A stretch of 64,000 nt of DNA from Macrostomum hystrix (taxonomy: Eukaryota > Animalia > Platyhelminthes), in assembly GCA_950097015.1 (NCBI GenBank), contig CATNEN010000038.1:8618001-8682000 (forward strand). Direction: 5' to 3'. Under the pieces are notes generated by a model. It did not search any database and was not told where the DNA came from. It worked only from the letters and a program-made list of their open reading frames with translations. The position numbers and the translations under genes were made by a program. Positions 22,858-35,794 of this stretch are shown one piece after another; the stretch's first letter is position 1, and every line of letters starts with the position of its first letter.

Positions 22858-23589
22858 AAGACAGACATGATGCATGTAAATTGATTGTTGCCGACTGTTG
22901 GCCAGTCGACGTCTACGGTCAAGACAGACATGATGCGTGTAAATTGATTGTTGCCGACTGTTGGTCAGTCGACGTCTACGGTCAAGACAGACATGATGCG
23001 TGTAAATTGATTGTTGCCGACTGTTGGTCAGTCGACGTCTACGGTCAAGACAGACATGATGCGTGTAAATTGATTGTTGCCGACTGTTGGTCAGTCGACG
23101 TCTACGGTCAAGACAGACATGATGCGTGTAAATTGATTGTTGCCGATTGTTGGTCAGTCGACGTCTACGGTCAAGACAGACATGATGCATGTAAATTGAT
23201 TGTTGCCGATTGTTGGTCAGTCGACGTCTACGGTCAAGACAGACATGATGCGTGTAAATTGATTGTTGCCGACTGTTGGTCAGTCGACGTCTACGGTCAA
23301 GACAGACATGATGCGTGTAAATTGATTGTTGCCGACTGTTGGTCAGTCGACGTCTACGGTCAAGACAGACATGATGCGTGTAAATTGATTGTTGCCGATT
23401 GTTGGTCAGTCGACGTCTACGGTCAAGACAGACATGATGCATGTAAATTGATTGTTGCCGATTGTTGGTCAGTCGACGTCTACGGTCAAGACAGACATGA
23501 TGCGTGTAAATTGATTGTTGCCGACTGTTGGTCAGTCGACGTCTATGGTCAAGACAGACATGATGCGTGTAAATTGATTGTTGCCGACT
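22858..23589. repeat. 63-bp tandem repeat, ~11.6 nearly identical units
   Basis: Unit AAGACAGACATGATGCGTGTAAATTGATTGTTGCCGACTGTTGGTCAGTCGACGTCTACGGTC. Confidence 0.97.
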
Positions 23590-23756
23590 ATATTGCATGA
23601 CTCAACACGAAAGAAGGGCTCGCCACTCAAGATTCCGACAGGCGCTATGTGCAGGATATAGACAACCTCGAGCGGTCGTCCAGCAATGGTAGACTGCCTG
23701 CTAAGCAAGAGCGGTAAGCACTATTTAGACTTGAGCCAGATTTACGTCTTAGCAAT

Positions 23757-24130
23757 GGGGTCGGTGGCAGAGTGGTATGCATGCTTGCCTCTCGCACCAC
23801 GGTCCCTAAGTTTGATTCCGCAACGAGGTCATATTCATTTGTGGCGCAGCCGCGGAGAGAAGGCTTGGGGGCTTGTCGTGCAATTTACGCCATTGAGTGC
23901 CAACCTTCAAGGCACAGTAAGAGTGTACACTGCCTGGTGATGAGAAAGTCAGAGCAGATGTACACAATAGTGTACACAATAGTGTGAGCGTGTGCCTGCG
24001 TACGGTATCTGTGTGCGTGTGTTCTCAGGAGTCAGCGAAATGAGCAGAATAACCCCCTCGGTTGCAGGTCTAGTGTCACCAAATTATGCATCATTTCCCG
24101 CAGCTTTCCTGCAAGTTGTATAATTATTAA
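23757..24130 (+). mobile_element. tRNA-derived SINE family A, most complete copy
   Basis: GGGG start, Pol III A box TGGCAGAGTGG 23765-23775, B-box-like GTTTGATTCC 23810-23819, central hairpin, LINE-like structured tail, TAATTATTA end. Several homologous copies in the window. Confidence 0.82.
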
Positions 24131-25056
24131 ACCAGTTCGAACCTAGTTCGCCGGTGCATAACGCGCCACACTAAATAGGGCTGGGCAAGGCCGACCCCAA
24201 GGGGGGGGCGGCCCGCGACCAGGCAACGTACATCAACCCCCACCAATGCACCCAAACGTTTTAACCTCCAAGCTACGCTTGGTCGGACCATTATTTTTTC
24301 ATATATATACTTTTTACGTCGTAGCCATAACCGTAAGCCGGCAGCAATACAAGCGTGACATATGTCGTGGTCGTAAACATAAAAGGAACAATAATCATGT
24401 ATGCCCCTTTTCCACCAGGGACTGCGCGACTAGCTAATTGGAAACGGTGTATATACATGCTTGCATTGAGTTGTAAAGGTACTTTTTTAGGTACTTTGAG
24501 TTGTAAAGGTACTTGCCAGACAGGCAAGCTTGGGCATTGTTTGTTCGCATAATATCTTAAACTTAGAGGAGTCTTGCCAGGTTGATTGCGCGCTAAAACC
24601 ACCGAATTTTGTCTTTGCTTTTCTTTTTATCTATTTTTTTCTTAGCTATTCCACGAAAATTTATTACCAGCGTATCACTTGGTACACTTGCTGTTGCAGC
24701 TGCGACTTCAAGCTCTTGAATTTCCTGCATTGAGTGTGCATTCATGCAGACTAGTGTGCGCGCAGTACAAGCGAATTGCTTCCCCCCATGAATTTGCTGA
24801 TAACACAGGGCACATGCGTACACCTACTTCAAAAGCAATTGGCTGGCCCAGAGATTACCTGCAGTCAGCCCGGCTGTGTTCCTGACGCTCGAATGTGCAA
24901 TGTGCAACGGCAAAGTTCCTAAGAGCGTAGAGAATTGGTCAAAGCATTTGCGGTAGCACAAAGTCAAAGAGATTTTAACGCAGACATTTTGGGAAGCGAC
25001 GTTCTAACTGACATTAGCATCAATCAAAAGCATTTTTTTTCTAACACTACGACAGC

Positions 25057-25536
25057 ATGGGCAACAGTGTGTTTTTGTGTCGACGCGGTGCTGGCCGGAC
25101 GGAGACCTACACCACAACCGCAGTGCATGACCCGTCCATTGCGTATCGAATGTCGCCAGGAGCTGATTTGGTTAACGGCCGGCACCAGAGTAACAACTTC
25201 CGAGATCGAGAAGCTGACGAAGAGGATGAAGAGGCAGAGGAGGCTGAGCACTCCGTTTACGAGAATCGTCCAAAACAGCAGCAGCAGCATCGGTTACAAG
25301 GCATGGATCCCAAATCCTCCGTGGTTATCGTGACTAACCCAATGTACGAGGATGTCGATAATGAGGATGGTTGCAGCCGCGGCAATGAGTTCACGCCAGT
25401 GGTCGACCCGGCAGCTGCCGCCGCGGCTGCAGCAGCGGCACTCGAGCAGGTTCGAGCAGAGGCCACGATACAGAGAAGCTTCCTGGTCGAACAGTGCCAC
25501 CCGGAAGTCAAGCAGCCTGACCCGGTGTTGTTGTGA
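25057..25536 (+). CDS. Putative small disordered protein with N-terminal Gly/Cys lipidation signals and Tyr motifs (159 aa), orphan
   Basis: GC-rich, exon-like codon usage. T-tract, CTAAC and AG immediately before the ATG. YEN and NPMYEDV motifs. Confidence 0.55.
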   Translation: MGNSVFLCRRGAGRTETYTTTAVHDPSIAYRMSPGADLVNGRHQSNNFRDREADEEDEEAEEAEHSVYENRPKQQQQHRLQGMDPKSSVVIVTNPMYEDVDNEDGCSRGNEFTPVVDPAAAAAAAAAALEQVRAEATIQRSFLVEQCHPEVKQPDPVLL

Positions 25537-25921
25537 GCTGCCAGTTCCCAAGAACTCAAACCATTCACCCACTTGATGAACTTCATCGAAGCTTTCTCTT
25601 AGCATGTTTTGATTTCTCACCCGCCGTTCATGCATTCAGCTCTTTGTACGTGTGTCTGGATCTTTGTTTGCTTGACTGAAATCGAAATACCTATTTCGCT
25701 TGATACTCGTAAATGGTGTCATGACCCTTTGGTGTCATGATGGTGTCATGCCTATTTCTCTTGATACTCGTAAATGGTGTCATGACCCTTTGCGCGACAT
25801 AATTTGCACACATTTAGTGCCAAAACTATCGCGATCAAATAACTTTTTTTGTTTTATTTTTAAAATTTCCAGTTAGAAAGACTTAGTGAGTTAAATCATA
25901 GACAGAATATGAGTACAAATA

Positions 25922-26034
25922 GGCCTTAACCAGACAAATGGGCCTTAACCGGACAAATGGGCCTTAACCGGACAAATGGGCCTTAACCGGACAAATGGGC
26001 CTTAACCGGACAAATGGGCCTTAACCGGACGGGC
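25922..26034. repeat. 19-bp minisatellite (GGGCCTTAACCGGACAAAT)n, ~6 units
   Basis: Direct periodicity. Confidence 0.92.
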
Positions 26035-27639
26035 CCAGACGTGGTCTGGACTAGTATAGTACGTGTTTAACAATTGTTCATTTACAGTATCTCACTAGCA
26101 CTTAATGAATATAATGAATTAAGTCGTCATGAAAATTTTAATTTAAATTTAATCTTGAGAGTTATAATTTTTAGGTGAACGAATTCTGAGTATTTGCCCG
26201 GCGGTTTCCCAGGAGCTTGGTCTTGTTCACTTTGGTCTGGTCGAAGGCGGATTTCGAGCACTTCGCCGGATATTTGTCAGAGATCGACAGTTGGTCGAGG
26301 GAGATTTTTCGTCGTGATGACGCCTCAATAAGCGTCATTACCCTACAGAAATGCATTCAGTGGGTAAATCATACTCAACCGTTCATTCAGAGGTGCCTGC
26401 AGCGAATCGACATCTTTGATTGTATGGCAAGCGACAGACGACTCTACGACTCTCTATGTATATCAACTCTTCGAATTCATTGTGCAGTGTGTCAGCTCAT
26501 TCACTGTTAGTTTTAGTTGATTCGTCCTCAAATAAATTTGTTTCGGACAAACTTGATCGCAATTTTGGCAAAGTTGAATGCAGTTTCTAGGATTTGTCTA
26601 TGGTTCAAACTAATGGCAAATAATGGGCAGGCAGAGCCAAGATATAGAAATATGTTAGTAAATTCTCTCTGAGGACAAAATTGATAGCAGTTTCAGCAAA
26701 CTGCAGTTTGCAGATAGCAAAAATGTTGCTCGTATATTATATTACATATAATATTATATTACATATATATAGAACAACAAAATAAGCTTGAATTCATTCA
26801 AGGTTGAATAATGTGTTGTCTCCCTAGGCTTTCATATTCAAATGAAGCAGTCATGCAGATTTATCGATGGAATTCGGAAACCGGAGCGGTCAGAAATGGA
26901 GGGGCATTTGCTCCTGTATTTTTTGAGTCTCGCAGGTCTGTCCATTCTTGCTAATTGCTGCCGTCATTAACCAGGCATTAATTAACTGCCCCACTGAGTA
27001 ACAGCTAGCGATGCTATAATACCTTCTTGTACAAGCTACGAGCGTAGAAGCTTACGAAAAGCCTGGAAAAAAAAGAAATTTACGGGACAACATTTTTCTT
27101 TGAAAATAAATTAAAAAGTTAATAAGGCCGGTGTCACTTGGGCAGTGGTGTACCGCAAAAAGTATTCTGGTATTCAAAAACTATAGAAAAATCGCTGAAA
27201 ATCGTGACGCAGAGAGTGGACTTTTGTTGTCATGCCAACTGTCAACCGTGAGGCTCTTGTGTCCCTAATTTGCGTTGAATTGGCTTCCGCAATCAATCAA
27301 TCAAGCGCATTGTCAGCGGCACCCTGCCAATTTTTTGCCGACCTTTTCATACTTTTCATCGCCTATACGAGCAGGGCACAGTGCTCAATGCAGTGCTCAA
27401 ACATCCATTGCCCTGATATAGCCAGACAAAGCGCACGTCAGTCTTTGGATCTGACCCAAGCTGTTTATAATCAATTAGTCTTTGGGGGACCGCGACCTGT
27501 CAAGATGGCTAAATTAGCCAGGGCATGGATGAGCGAGGAGGCTCGTCAGTCGACTGCAAGAACTCCTCCTAGACTGCGGCAGACCGTCTTCTTTTTGAGC
27601 GTTCTGTGCATTGATTGAAAAGAACTGTAATTTGTGCTG

Positions 27640-28160
27640 AATTAGCTGTATTAGGAGTCTGTGATCAAGCTGTATTAGGAGTCTGTGCTCACGCTGAATA
27701 AGGAGTCTGTGCTCACGCTGAATTAGGAGTCTGTGCTCAAGCTGTATTAGGAGTCTGTGCTCAAGCTGTATTTGGAGTCTGTGCTCACGCTGAATTAGGA
27801 GTCTGTGCTCAAGCTGTATTAGGAGTCTGTGCTCAAGCTGTATTAGGAGTCTGTGCTCAAGCTGTATTTGGAGTCTGTGCTCACGCTGAATTAGGAGTCT
27901 GTGATCAAGCTGAATTAGGAGTCTGTGATCAAGCTGAATTAGGAGTCTGTGCTCACGCTGAATAAGGAGTCTGTGCTCACGCTGAATAAGGAGTCTGTGC
28001 TCACGCTGAATAAGGAGTCTGTGCTCAAGCTGTATTTGGAGTCTGTACTCAAGCATTATTATGAGTCTGTACTCAAGCAGCATTATAATTTTGTGCTCAA
28101 GCTGTATTAGAAGTCTGTGCTCAAGCTGTATTTGGAGTCTGTACTCAAGCAGTATTAGGC
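27640..28160. repeat. 24-bp minisatellite (TATTAGGAGTCTGTGCTCAAGCTG)n
   Basis: Direct periodicity; it explains the LEHRLLIQ-repeat ORF. Confidence 0.95.
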
Positions 28161-28779
28161 TCTGCCTGCTATCTCCATAGCGATCTCCATAGCGGAGAGC
28201 ACTGTAATCAAGCAGTATTTGTTAGAATCTGAATGGTTTACCGGCCTGAGAAAACACAAGGATTTTTTTAAACGAAAAGAGTGTTAGAAATTAATCCTCA
28301 ATCAGAACTAGACGTCTTGCGTGATAGGGGCTTAAGGAATTAAACCTTGGAGGTTTGGGAATGACGTGAATGATGGGGGGTACAGAGTTGCTTAAGCCAG
28401 CCACGCGCACTGATTGGCCAGCCACTAGCATCTAGTCTAATGCGGGAAAGTGTTGGTTAAGAATCTGCATCAACTTAAGAAGCTGAGCAATCGTAACAGG
28501 AATTGTAAATAGTTGTTGCTGTGCCCGGGCTGTACTGTAGCAGTTTGCACTGGCCCATGTGAAGGCCTGCGGTGCTAGCAAAGTAACATTGTACAAGATC
28601 GTGCGCTGAAACAAAGGAGAGGTCCTTCAGATAAAACAAACTTGTCAGTCAGTGCTAAACTCTGAAATTGAGAAGCGGAAAGTCTGCTAGGGCGAAAAGG
28701 CTCAGAAGACTGCCAAGTCTTCAGAAGCCATCTAATAAAAACACGAAGATAGGGCAAAGCCAGATTTGGTTGAATACTG

Positions 28780-31186
28780 ATGACCACTACAGCCCCTGTG
28801 GCAGCAGCTTCAACTGCTGGCCTCGCAGCATCTTCAGGCAGGTCAGCTACCGAAGAAGCCCTGCTCATCACCTGCTACTCAGCAGCAGTTTTTCTTAGCA
28901 CGATTGGCAACCTCACAGTCATTGTTGTGGTCTCTCGCGGCCGTCAATGCCACACGGACCTCCGAGGCTTCTTGCTCAGCCTGGCCGTTGCTGACTTGCT
29001 CATCGGCTGCTTCTGCCTGCCGTTCACCCTCGTCAACGTGCTGCACAGAGCTTGGCCTCTGCCAGACATCCTGTGCAAGCTGGTGTCCTACTGCCAGCTG
29101 GTGGCCGTCACATCCTCGGTGCTGACTAACATGGCCATCGGCTTCGACCGATTCTGGGTGGTGGCCTTTCCTCTGAATCAACGCCTGACCTTCAATCGGT
29201 CGCGGGTGGTGATTTTGGCTCTGTGGGCCGCCTCACTGCTGGTGTCATCGGTGCAGCTCAGAGTCAGCGGAAAGTACGCCACGCTTGGCCCTGTAGGACG
29301 TCCTGGCAACGTCAACGAGAGTGTGCCGCTTTCGCCCACGATAACAATGGAAATGTGCCGCGAGCACTGGAACAACCCGAGCATTCAGCGGGCCTACTCA
29401 ATCTTCGTCCTGGTGCTCACCTACCTTCTGCCGGTGTCGGTGCTGTGCGCCACCTACGCAGCGATCGGGCGCAAGCTTTGGACTCGAACCATGCCAGGAA
29501 ACGCGAACCCGGCCAGGGATCAGCAGCACGTCAGGGCGAAGCGCAAGGTGGAAAATCAAGTCTTTTTGTTCCTTTATTTCAAAGTATAGCACGAATTATA
29601 CTAAATTACCATTGAAGCTGTCTACGTATAGTGCAGAGTTACGACTACCAGAATAAAGTAGGCTCCATCGCCTTCACTTGCACTGCTCCTGGGAGTCCTT
29701 GTGGTTGAGCTCAGACTCGGAGTAGTTGGGAGCCCGAGCTGGTGATTCTCGGTTGCTTCTTAGAAATTCTCTGCACTGGTGATTAATCACACAAGCCGAA
29801 ATTGTCAAAGTAAAGCTGAGCGAAATAAAAAAATCCTGTCCCCCAAACTCTGGAGACAGCTAATAAGCTGGGGCACTAGTCTCGCATCGGTTGGATTGAT
29901 CAGCGCACTAATAAAAATGTCTGTCTAGCAGCAAACAACGCTTGAAGCGTCGACAGTTAATCCTTATGAATCCCCGAGGAAGCCGCAATCTCAGGCAGCT
30001 GCTCGATTCTTCTGCACGCCTCTCTTCGCCTCTATCCGACTGGAGCTGAGCAGGATGAGCACCAACCCCCTGCATACGCTCGTAGCGTCTTGTTAGCGAT
30101 CTAGCCCCATCGGGACAGAATGCAAGAAGTTTAGCTGAGGGCTAAAATTAAGAAGACACTAATTTTGACACGCTGAAACGTCGGTGCGAAGACAAGACGG
30201 TTGAAGCAATAATCGGTAATTCTATCGAGCAATGCTTAAGGTCCATAAATTCAGAAAAATATTTGGTCCATGCCCGTCAAGGTGTGATGCAAGCTAATAG
30301 TAGATTAGTCTATTTCTCAGTGCTAATGCGTCTGACTATTGCACGAAGGTATCTGAGTGCGAATATGCGAGAAGACTTCGTGGCTTGTCGTGAAATTTGC
30401 GCCCATAAGTGCTACCCCTCAATTTGTGGAAGTACATTGTGTATGCACTGTCTGTCGACGATGTAAAAACCTGTGCATGTGTGCTCAGGAGTCAGTGAAA
30501 TGGGCAGAATTTCCTCGTCGCTGGCTTGCAGGTCTAGTGTCACCAAATGATGTGCCATGGCCAAAAATTTCATATCGAGGCAATGGCCTTTAGGCACTCG
30601 TCGGCCATTGCATAGAATTAATTGCCCTGTAGCAATGGGGTTTTTGGAAATTTTAACCAATGATGCTCATTGGAATTCAGAGTTTAAGGCAATGGCCTGA
30701 TTGGCTCGTGTCAAAGGCCATTGCCTTAAACTATGACTTCCGATGAACCCCCATAGCCCGCAGCCCTCCTGCAATTATTTATATTTTTGTTTGAGTAGGT
30801 GTGTGTGCTCAGGGGGCCATCGGAATGAGCTGAATTGCCTCGGCGCTGGCTGCTTCCTGCTGATGAATGCGAAATAAATCTTGGCTTCCTGCACCGAGTC
30901 ACTCTTTAGCTCTTCGCGACGAACGCTATAATTAGAAAGATGTAATTATATCAGCAATAAAAATGGCACCTTAGCTTGTGCTTTAACTGTCTGTATCGTC
31001 CGTAGTATGTGTACATGTTGGTACACTTAAGCAGTCAGCGTGAACAACAGCTTGGGGTTGTCAGTCAGCGAGTGTTGTAGCAACTTAAGTACACGTGGCA
31101 CATTGTGTTGACCTCCGCGCTGCTCCCGTTGGCTGCTCTCCCGAGCAAGTTTGACATGCATAATTGACAAGCCCGGCCTTGAAAAC

Positions 31187-31222
<36 letters not shown>

Positions 31223-33042
31223 GCAGGCCAGACCTGCCCAGAGGAGAAGGGCGGGCAACTGCATGTAGAGAGCAACCTGCTAAGCAGGGCGATGGCCAAA
31301 GGGCAAGTGCCCTGGTCCTGGGAGACGAAATCCCAGCTTGAATACTCTACTCAACCCAAGGACTGCTCTTGGTAGATTAGGGAGGCAGTCTTGCGAGGCT
31401 AGTGCTCACGCTGGAAATTTTCGGTGATTAGGAATAAAATACTCCATACTCCAATTAATTAGGGACCAGTTTTATATGAATTTCAATTACCGTTTCGATT
31501 GAAGCATTGCACTGACCGCTGAAGAAAGCATTGGCGTCATTCTACGTTACCGTGCATCAACTGGACGTCCTTGCGCATTGAAGGAATCATGCCAAGTGCA
31601 TGAGTTTGAACCTGTGGCTAGGTTACATTTGGAGCGCAGCCGCGAAGAGAAGGCTTTCAATTCAATAATCCATGAAGGCCTGTACCCATTGTCTCAAACA
31701 AAGTGACTTTCATGAGACAGCATTTTAATGGTAATTGAGACAATACGAAACTCAAAACCCCGCGTAATTTTGAAGGCCCAATTTGAGTTAGCCTTGCTTG
31801 AGCATAGATCGAATGAGTTATACGAACTATGGCAAGCCTGTTGCTTCCATTTGAAAGGTATTGCTTTTGAATTATACCACTTCATAAAGATGTCATGCGT
31901 ACTAATCTCTGAGCTAAGCTTTCACAGATCACACGTGAGTTGAATAGTGTCGAGAATGATTCTAATTAAAAATTCAGCTCAAGTGCTCATGAAGGCTCTT
32001 GTCCTCATCAATCCAGCCCCAGGAGCAGTGCGCTGAATCTTGTCAATTCGGACTAGCCTAATTATCTAATTTTCGCTCTCAGATTGTGAAGATGCTGATT
32101 GTGGTTGTCCTGCTGTTCGCTCTGTGCTGGCTACCGTTGCACATCTTCAACGTACTGGTGGACTACACTCACCTGCAGAGCTGGCTGGACAGTGTCACAC
32201 TTGAGCGCATCTTTGTCGCCTCCCACTGGACTGCAATGGCCAACTCCTTCGTCAACCCCATTGTCTACGGATTTATGAACGACTCTTTCCGGGTTTGTTG
32301 TGCTTTAATATCTGATCAATAAGATTTAATATGCCACCAAATATTCAGAATTCACAACCCAGCGCGTACCCAACCTGATCCATTTAACCTCGAGTAAATG
32401 AACTTTTACTAAAAATGCTTCCGTAATCAAACAGAAAAGTTTCCGCAGAAAAAGCTAATTTCTCCAGACCTTTTTATTGACTTCCCGATGAATTTTGGCT
32501 TATCTATTTCGAAATATTGCTTTAACTCCCATTCAGCTGATGTGCAACAAGCGATAGCTCGTAATCCCAGATCCCAAGCCATAAACAACCGCCCGGAATC
32601 CCCAAGCCACTACGCGACCCCGTTGCTTTGGGGCTCCGCATCGATCAGATATCCCATGAGGCGAGAAGAAGACATCAGGAGGGCTATTATTCTAAAGCTG
32701 GGGCACTCCGCACGATTCTCTGACGGAATCCGGACCCGCACACATCCGCCGCACACACAGAACGATCTCGCGACCTTGATCAGCCCGCTATGCAGAAGCC
32801 TGACCGGCTGCCCGTGCGCTCGCTGTCAGCAGCTGACGCTTCCATCCTCACTGGAGGAAAACTCCACCCGACTGCAGCCGCAGCAGCGGCAGCGATGCCT
32901 GATTCGACCGGAACAGAGCTTCTGCCTGCAGTCAGGCTCGGCGGCGGAATACTGTCTGCTGCAGAAGCAACAGCAGCAGCAGCAGGCTCGAAGGCGTCAT
33001 GAATCCGACATTGTTATTTCGCAGTTTGTGACGCAGCTGTAG
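28780..33042 (+). CDS. Rhodopsin-class neuropeptide GPCR (NPY/RYamide/tachykinin receptor-like). Exons 28780-29547, 32083-32292, 32761-33042
   Basis: GN in TM1, LAVADL, DRF, W in TM4, CWLP, NPIVY. GT-AG phase-0 joins keep frame. Last exon less certain. Confidence 0.88.
30370..30785 (+). mobile_element. SINE family A copy (5'-truncated) interrupted by a ~190-bp palindromic insertion (~30559-30754)
   Basis: CTCAGGAGTCAG...CAGGTCTAGTGTCACCAAATGATGTGCCAT resumes as AGCCCGCAGCCCTCCTGCAATT after the insert. Confidence 0.72.
31186..31226. repeat. (CA)n plus (CAG)n compound microsatellite in the GPCR intron
   Basis: Direct. Confidence 0.9.
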
Positions 33043-33669
33043 TCGTGTTTCTCGTGAAATGCTAGCAGCTTAAACTTATCAATTTTGTTGATGGTGGAAA
33101 TAGTTTTAAAATAATTCTGCCGTTAAAGAAGTAAAATTTCTTTCACGCTGTATCTTAGAATAAACACGAAGCAATGCACCCAATACTATACTTACCAGCT
33201 AGACACGCGGGAATGTCTAGAACAAGATTCAAATACTTCAGTGTGTATAGCCGTATGTATGTCTATACAAACAAAGTTGAAACTAAAAATATGGATAACA
33301 TGACAAGTCTGTCTTGTTTAGTCTCTGAATAATTCAGCTTTTAAGCAAACTGTCGTTTATCAATATCACTCATTTATCTCACATTTACAAAAAGTTGCCT
33401 ACTTATCCTCTTGCCAACTTGATGTTACCTTGCAATGGTCCGAAGCAATATTATTAAATAGAGGTCTTTGAGCTTGAGAAACTTGAAGTCTGGCTAATTA
33501 ATTGCGTCATGATTTCCCCGGGTGAATTAAGTCGACGCTGTTGATTACGCAACAGAGACAGAACAGTTGAAAGAATTCGACGACATTTAAGACTGAACTG
33601 TCATTGGTTAATGATTGCTTATGGTTAATCATAGCTCCACTTCAATACTTCACTGTACTTCACTGCAAT

Positions 33670-34828
33670 TTAGTGAGCCACTGCTGTGTACTTCAGTGAG
33701 CCACTGCTGTGTACTTCAGTTAGTGAGCCACTGCTGTACTTCAGTGAGCCACTGATTTGCATTGTACATCAGTTAGTGAGCCACTGCTGTGTACTTCAGT
33801 GAGCCACTGCTATGTACATCAGTGAGCCACTGCTGTGTACTTCAGTGAGCCACTGCTGTGTACTTCAGTGAGCCACTGCTATGTACATCAGTAAGTGAGC
33901 CACTGCTGTGTACATCAGTGAGCCACTGCTGTGTACTTCAGTGAGCCACTGCTGTGTACTTCAGTGAGCCACTGCTGTGTACTTCAGTGAGCCACTGCTG
34001 TGTACTTCAGTGAGCCACTGCTGTGTACTTCAGTGAGCCACTGCTATGTACTTCAGTGAGCCACTGCTGTGTACTTCAGTGAGCCACTGCTGTGTACTTC
34101 AGTGAGCCACTGCTGTGTACTTCAGTGAGCCACTGCTGTGTACTTCAGTGAGCCACTGCTGTGTACTTCAGTGAGCCACTGCTGTGTACTTCAGTGAGCC
34201 ACTGCTATGTACATCAGTAAGTGAGCCACTGCTGTGTACATCAGTGAGCCACTGCTGTGTACTTCAGTGAGCCACTGCTGTGTACTTCAGTGAGCCACTG
34301 CTATGTACTTCAGTGAGCCACTGCTGTGTACTTCAGTGAGCCACTGCTGTGTACTTCAGTGAGCCACTGCTGTGTACTTCAGTGAGCCACTGCTATGTAC
34401 ATCAGTAAGTGAGCCACTGCTGTGTACATCAGTGAGCCACTGCTGTGTACTTCAGTGAGCCACTGCTGTGTACTTCAGTGAGCCACTGCTATGTACTTCA
34501 GTGAGCCACTGCTGTGTACTTCAGTGAGCCACTGCTGTGTACTTCAGTGAGCCACTGCTGTGTACTTCAGTGAGCCACTGCTGTGTACTTCAGTGAGCCA
34601 CTGCTGTGTACATCAGTGAGCCACTGCTGTGTACTTCAGTGAGCCACTGCTATGTACTTCAGTGAGCCACTGCTGTGTACTTCAGTGAGCCACTGCTGTG
34701 TACTTCAGTGAGCCACTGCTGTGTACTTCAGTGAGCCACTGCTGTGTACTTCAGTGAGCCACTGCTATGTACATCAGTGAGCCACTGCTGTGTACTTCAG
34801 TGAGCCACTGCTATGTACTTCAGAGTGA
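33670..34828. repeat. 23-bp minisatellite (CAGTGAGCCACTGCTGTGTACTT)n, ~50 units, each with a CAGTG-AGC-CACTG micro-hairpin
   Basis: Direct periodicity. Confidence 0.97.
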
Positions 34829-35794
34829 GCATTTTTAAGAACTCTGTAGCGATTGCGCAGTTTTCTATTGTACCTTTTCATTAATTGATCGAGCCCTGCT
34901 CTGGGATCAAGGGGGCAGCTGACGCAGTTGACTGATGTCAGGGAGGTCAAAGGCGAGTCTAAGGGCTAGGGTACAAGGGTATGTATAATTAGGTACAGTC
35001 GGTGCTGGGATCTGCTTGATAATGCTGGTAAGCATTTATACAGTACATATGTTCATATAACAGTACATTGGGGTATGTGTAAGCTGCCGCTTATAGCAGA
35101 ATTGCGGTTCATATCGATCTCAACGGAATTATGCCGATTGTGTAGGGAAAACACTGGAAATTCATCTCCCGAGGTAAATATTCCCCAGAAGTTCAGTTTT
35201 CAGAACCCACCTCTGCTCTACCTACTGCAGGGAGTTCATTGTAAACAACGGGGTGGATGCGGCCTTCATTTAGCAGACAATTCCCTCAGCCCTGCAAGAC
35301 CTTCATTTTAATAGCAGCAGAAAGGAGAGAGACGACAAAAGACAGCTAGTGCCCCCACTGGCTCAGTTACATTATACGGAGTATAATACTCGTACAGGAA
35401 GCTTTTAGAACACTTGTATATTCAGTGCAGTACAAGAATCATACACGTGTACCTCGTAAGTATTGCTTTTAAGCGATAAAACCCACAACAATAGACTATA
35501 CTGAAGAAAAAATAATAAAGACTTGTGGAGCTTGCCGCATTGTTTTCGAACCTCAACAGACCTAAGAACAAAGTGCCACAAGAAGCTATATGTTGCTAAA
35601 ATTCTACGAATTTTCATTCAGTCAAAAATCGGAGATTGTTACGTGCACATGCACGCAGTATGCAGCACCCGCGCGATTTGGAAGTAATAAAGCTACAAAG
35701 GATCCGAATTACTACTGTCCGAGGGAATCATAACGAGTTTTAAAGCTTGAAAATAATACTTAAAAATGTACATCGTAACATGTGCGATCAGAGT

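Noticed and set aside
22858-23589. CRISPR-like array or repeat-protein CDS (ORFs 22779-23600, 22843-23598)
   Set aside because: No unique spacers, no cas genes, eukaryotic context. The ORFs arise because the unit length is a multiple of 3
24140-24250. Helitron end at CTAGTTCGCC (also at 47760)
   Set aside because: The match is short, the hairpin weak, and the expected flanking T is absent
27514-28083. LEHRLLIQ-repeat protein, and similar ORFs at 1570-1973, 48571-49150 and 49857-50536
   Set aside because: Translations of minisatellites with no independent coding evidence
30500-30540. HDV-like ribozyme in the SINE tail (GCCTCCTCGCTGGC resembles HDV P3/L3)
   Set aside because: No correct P1/P1.1 arrangement follows. 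Covariation with the LINE supports a three-way junction instead
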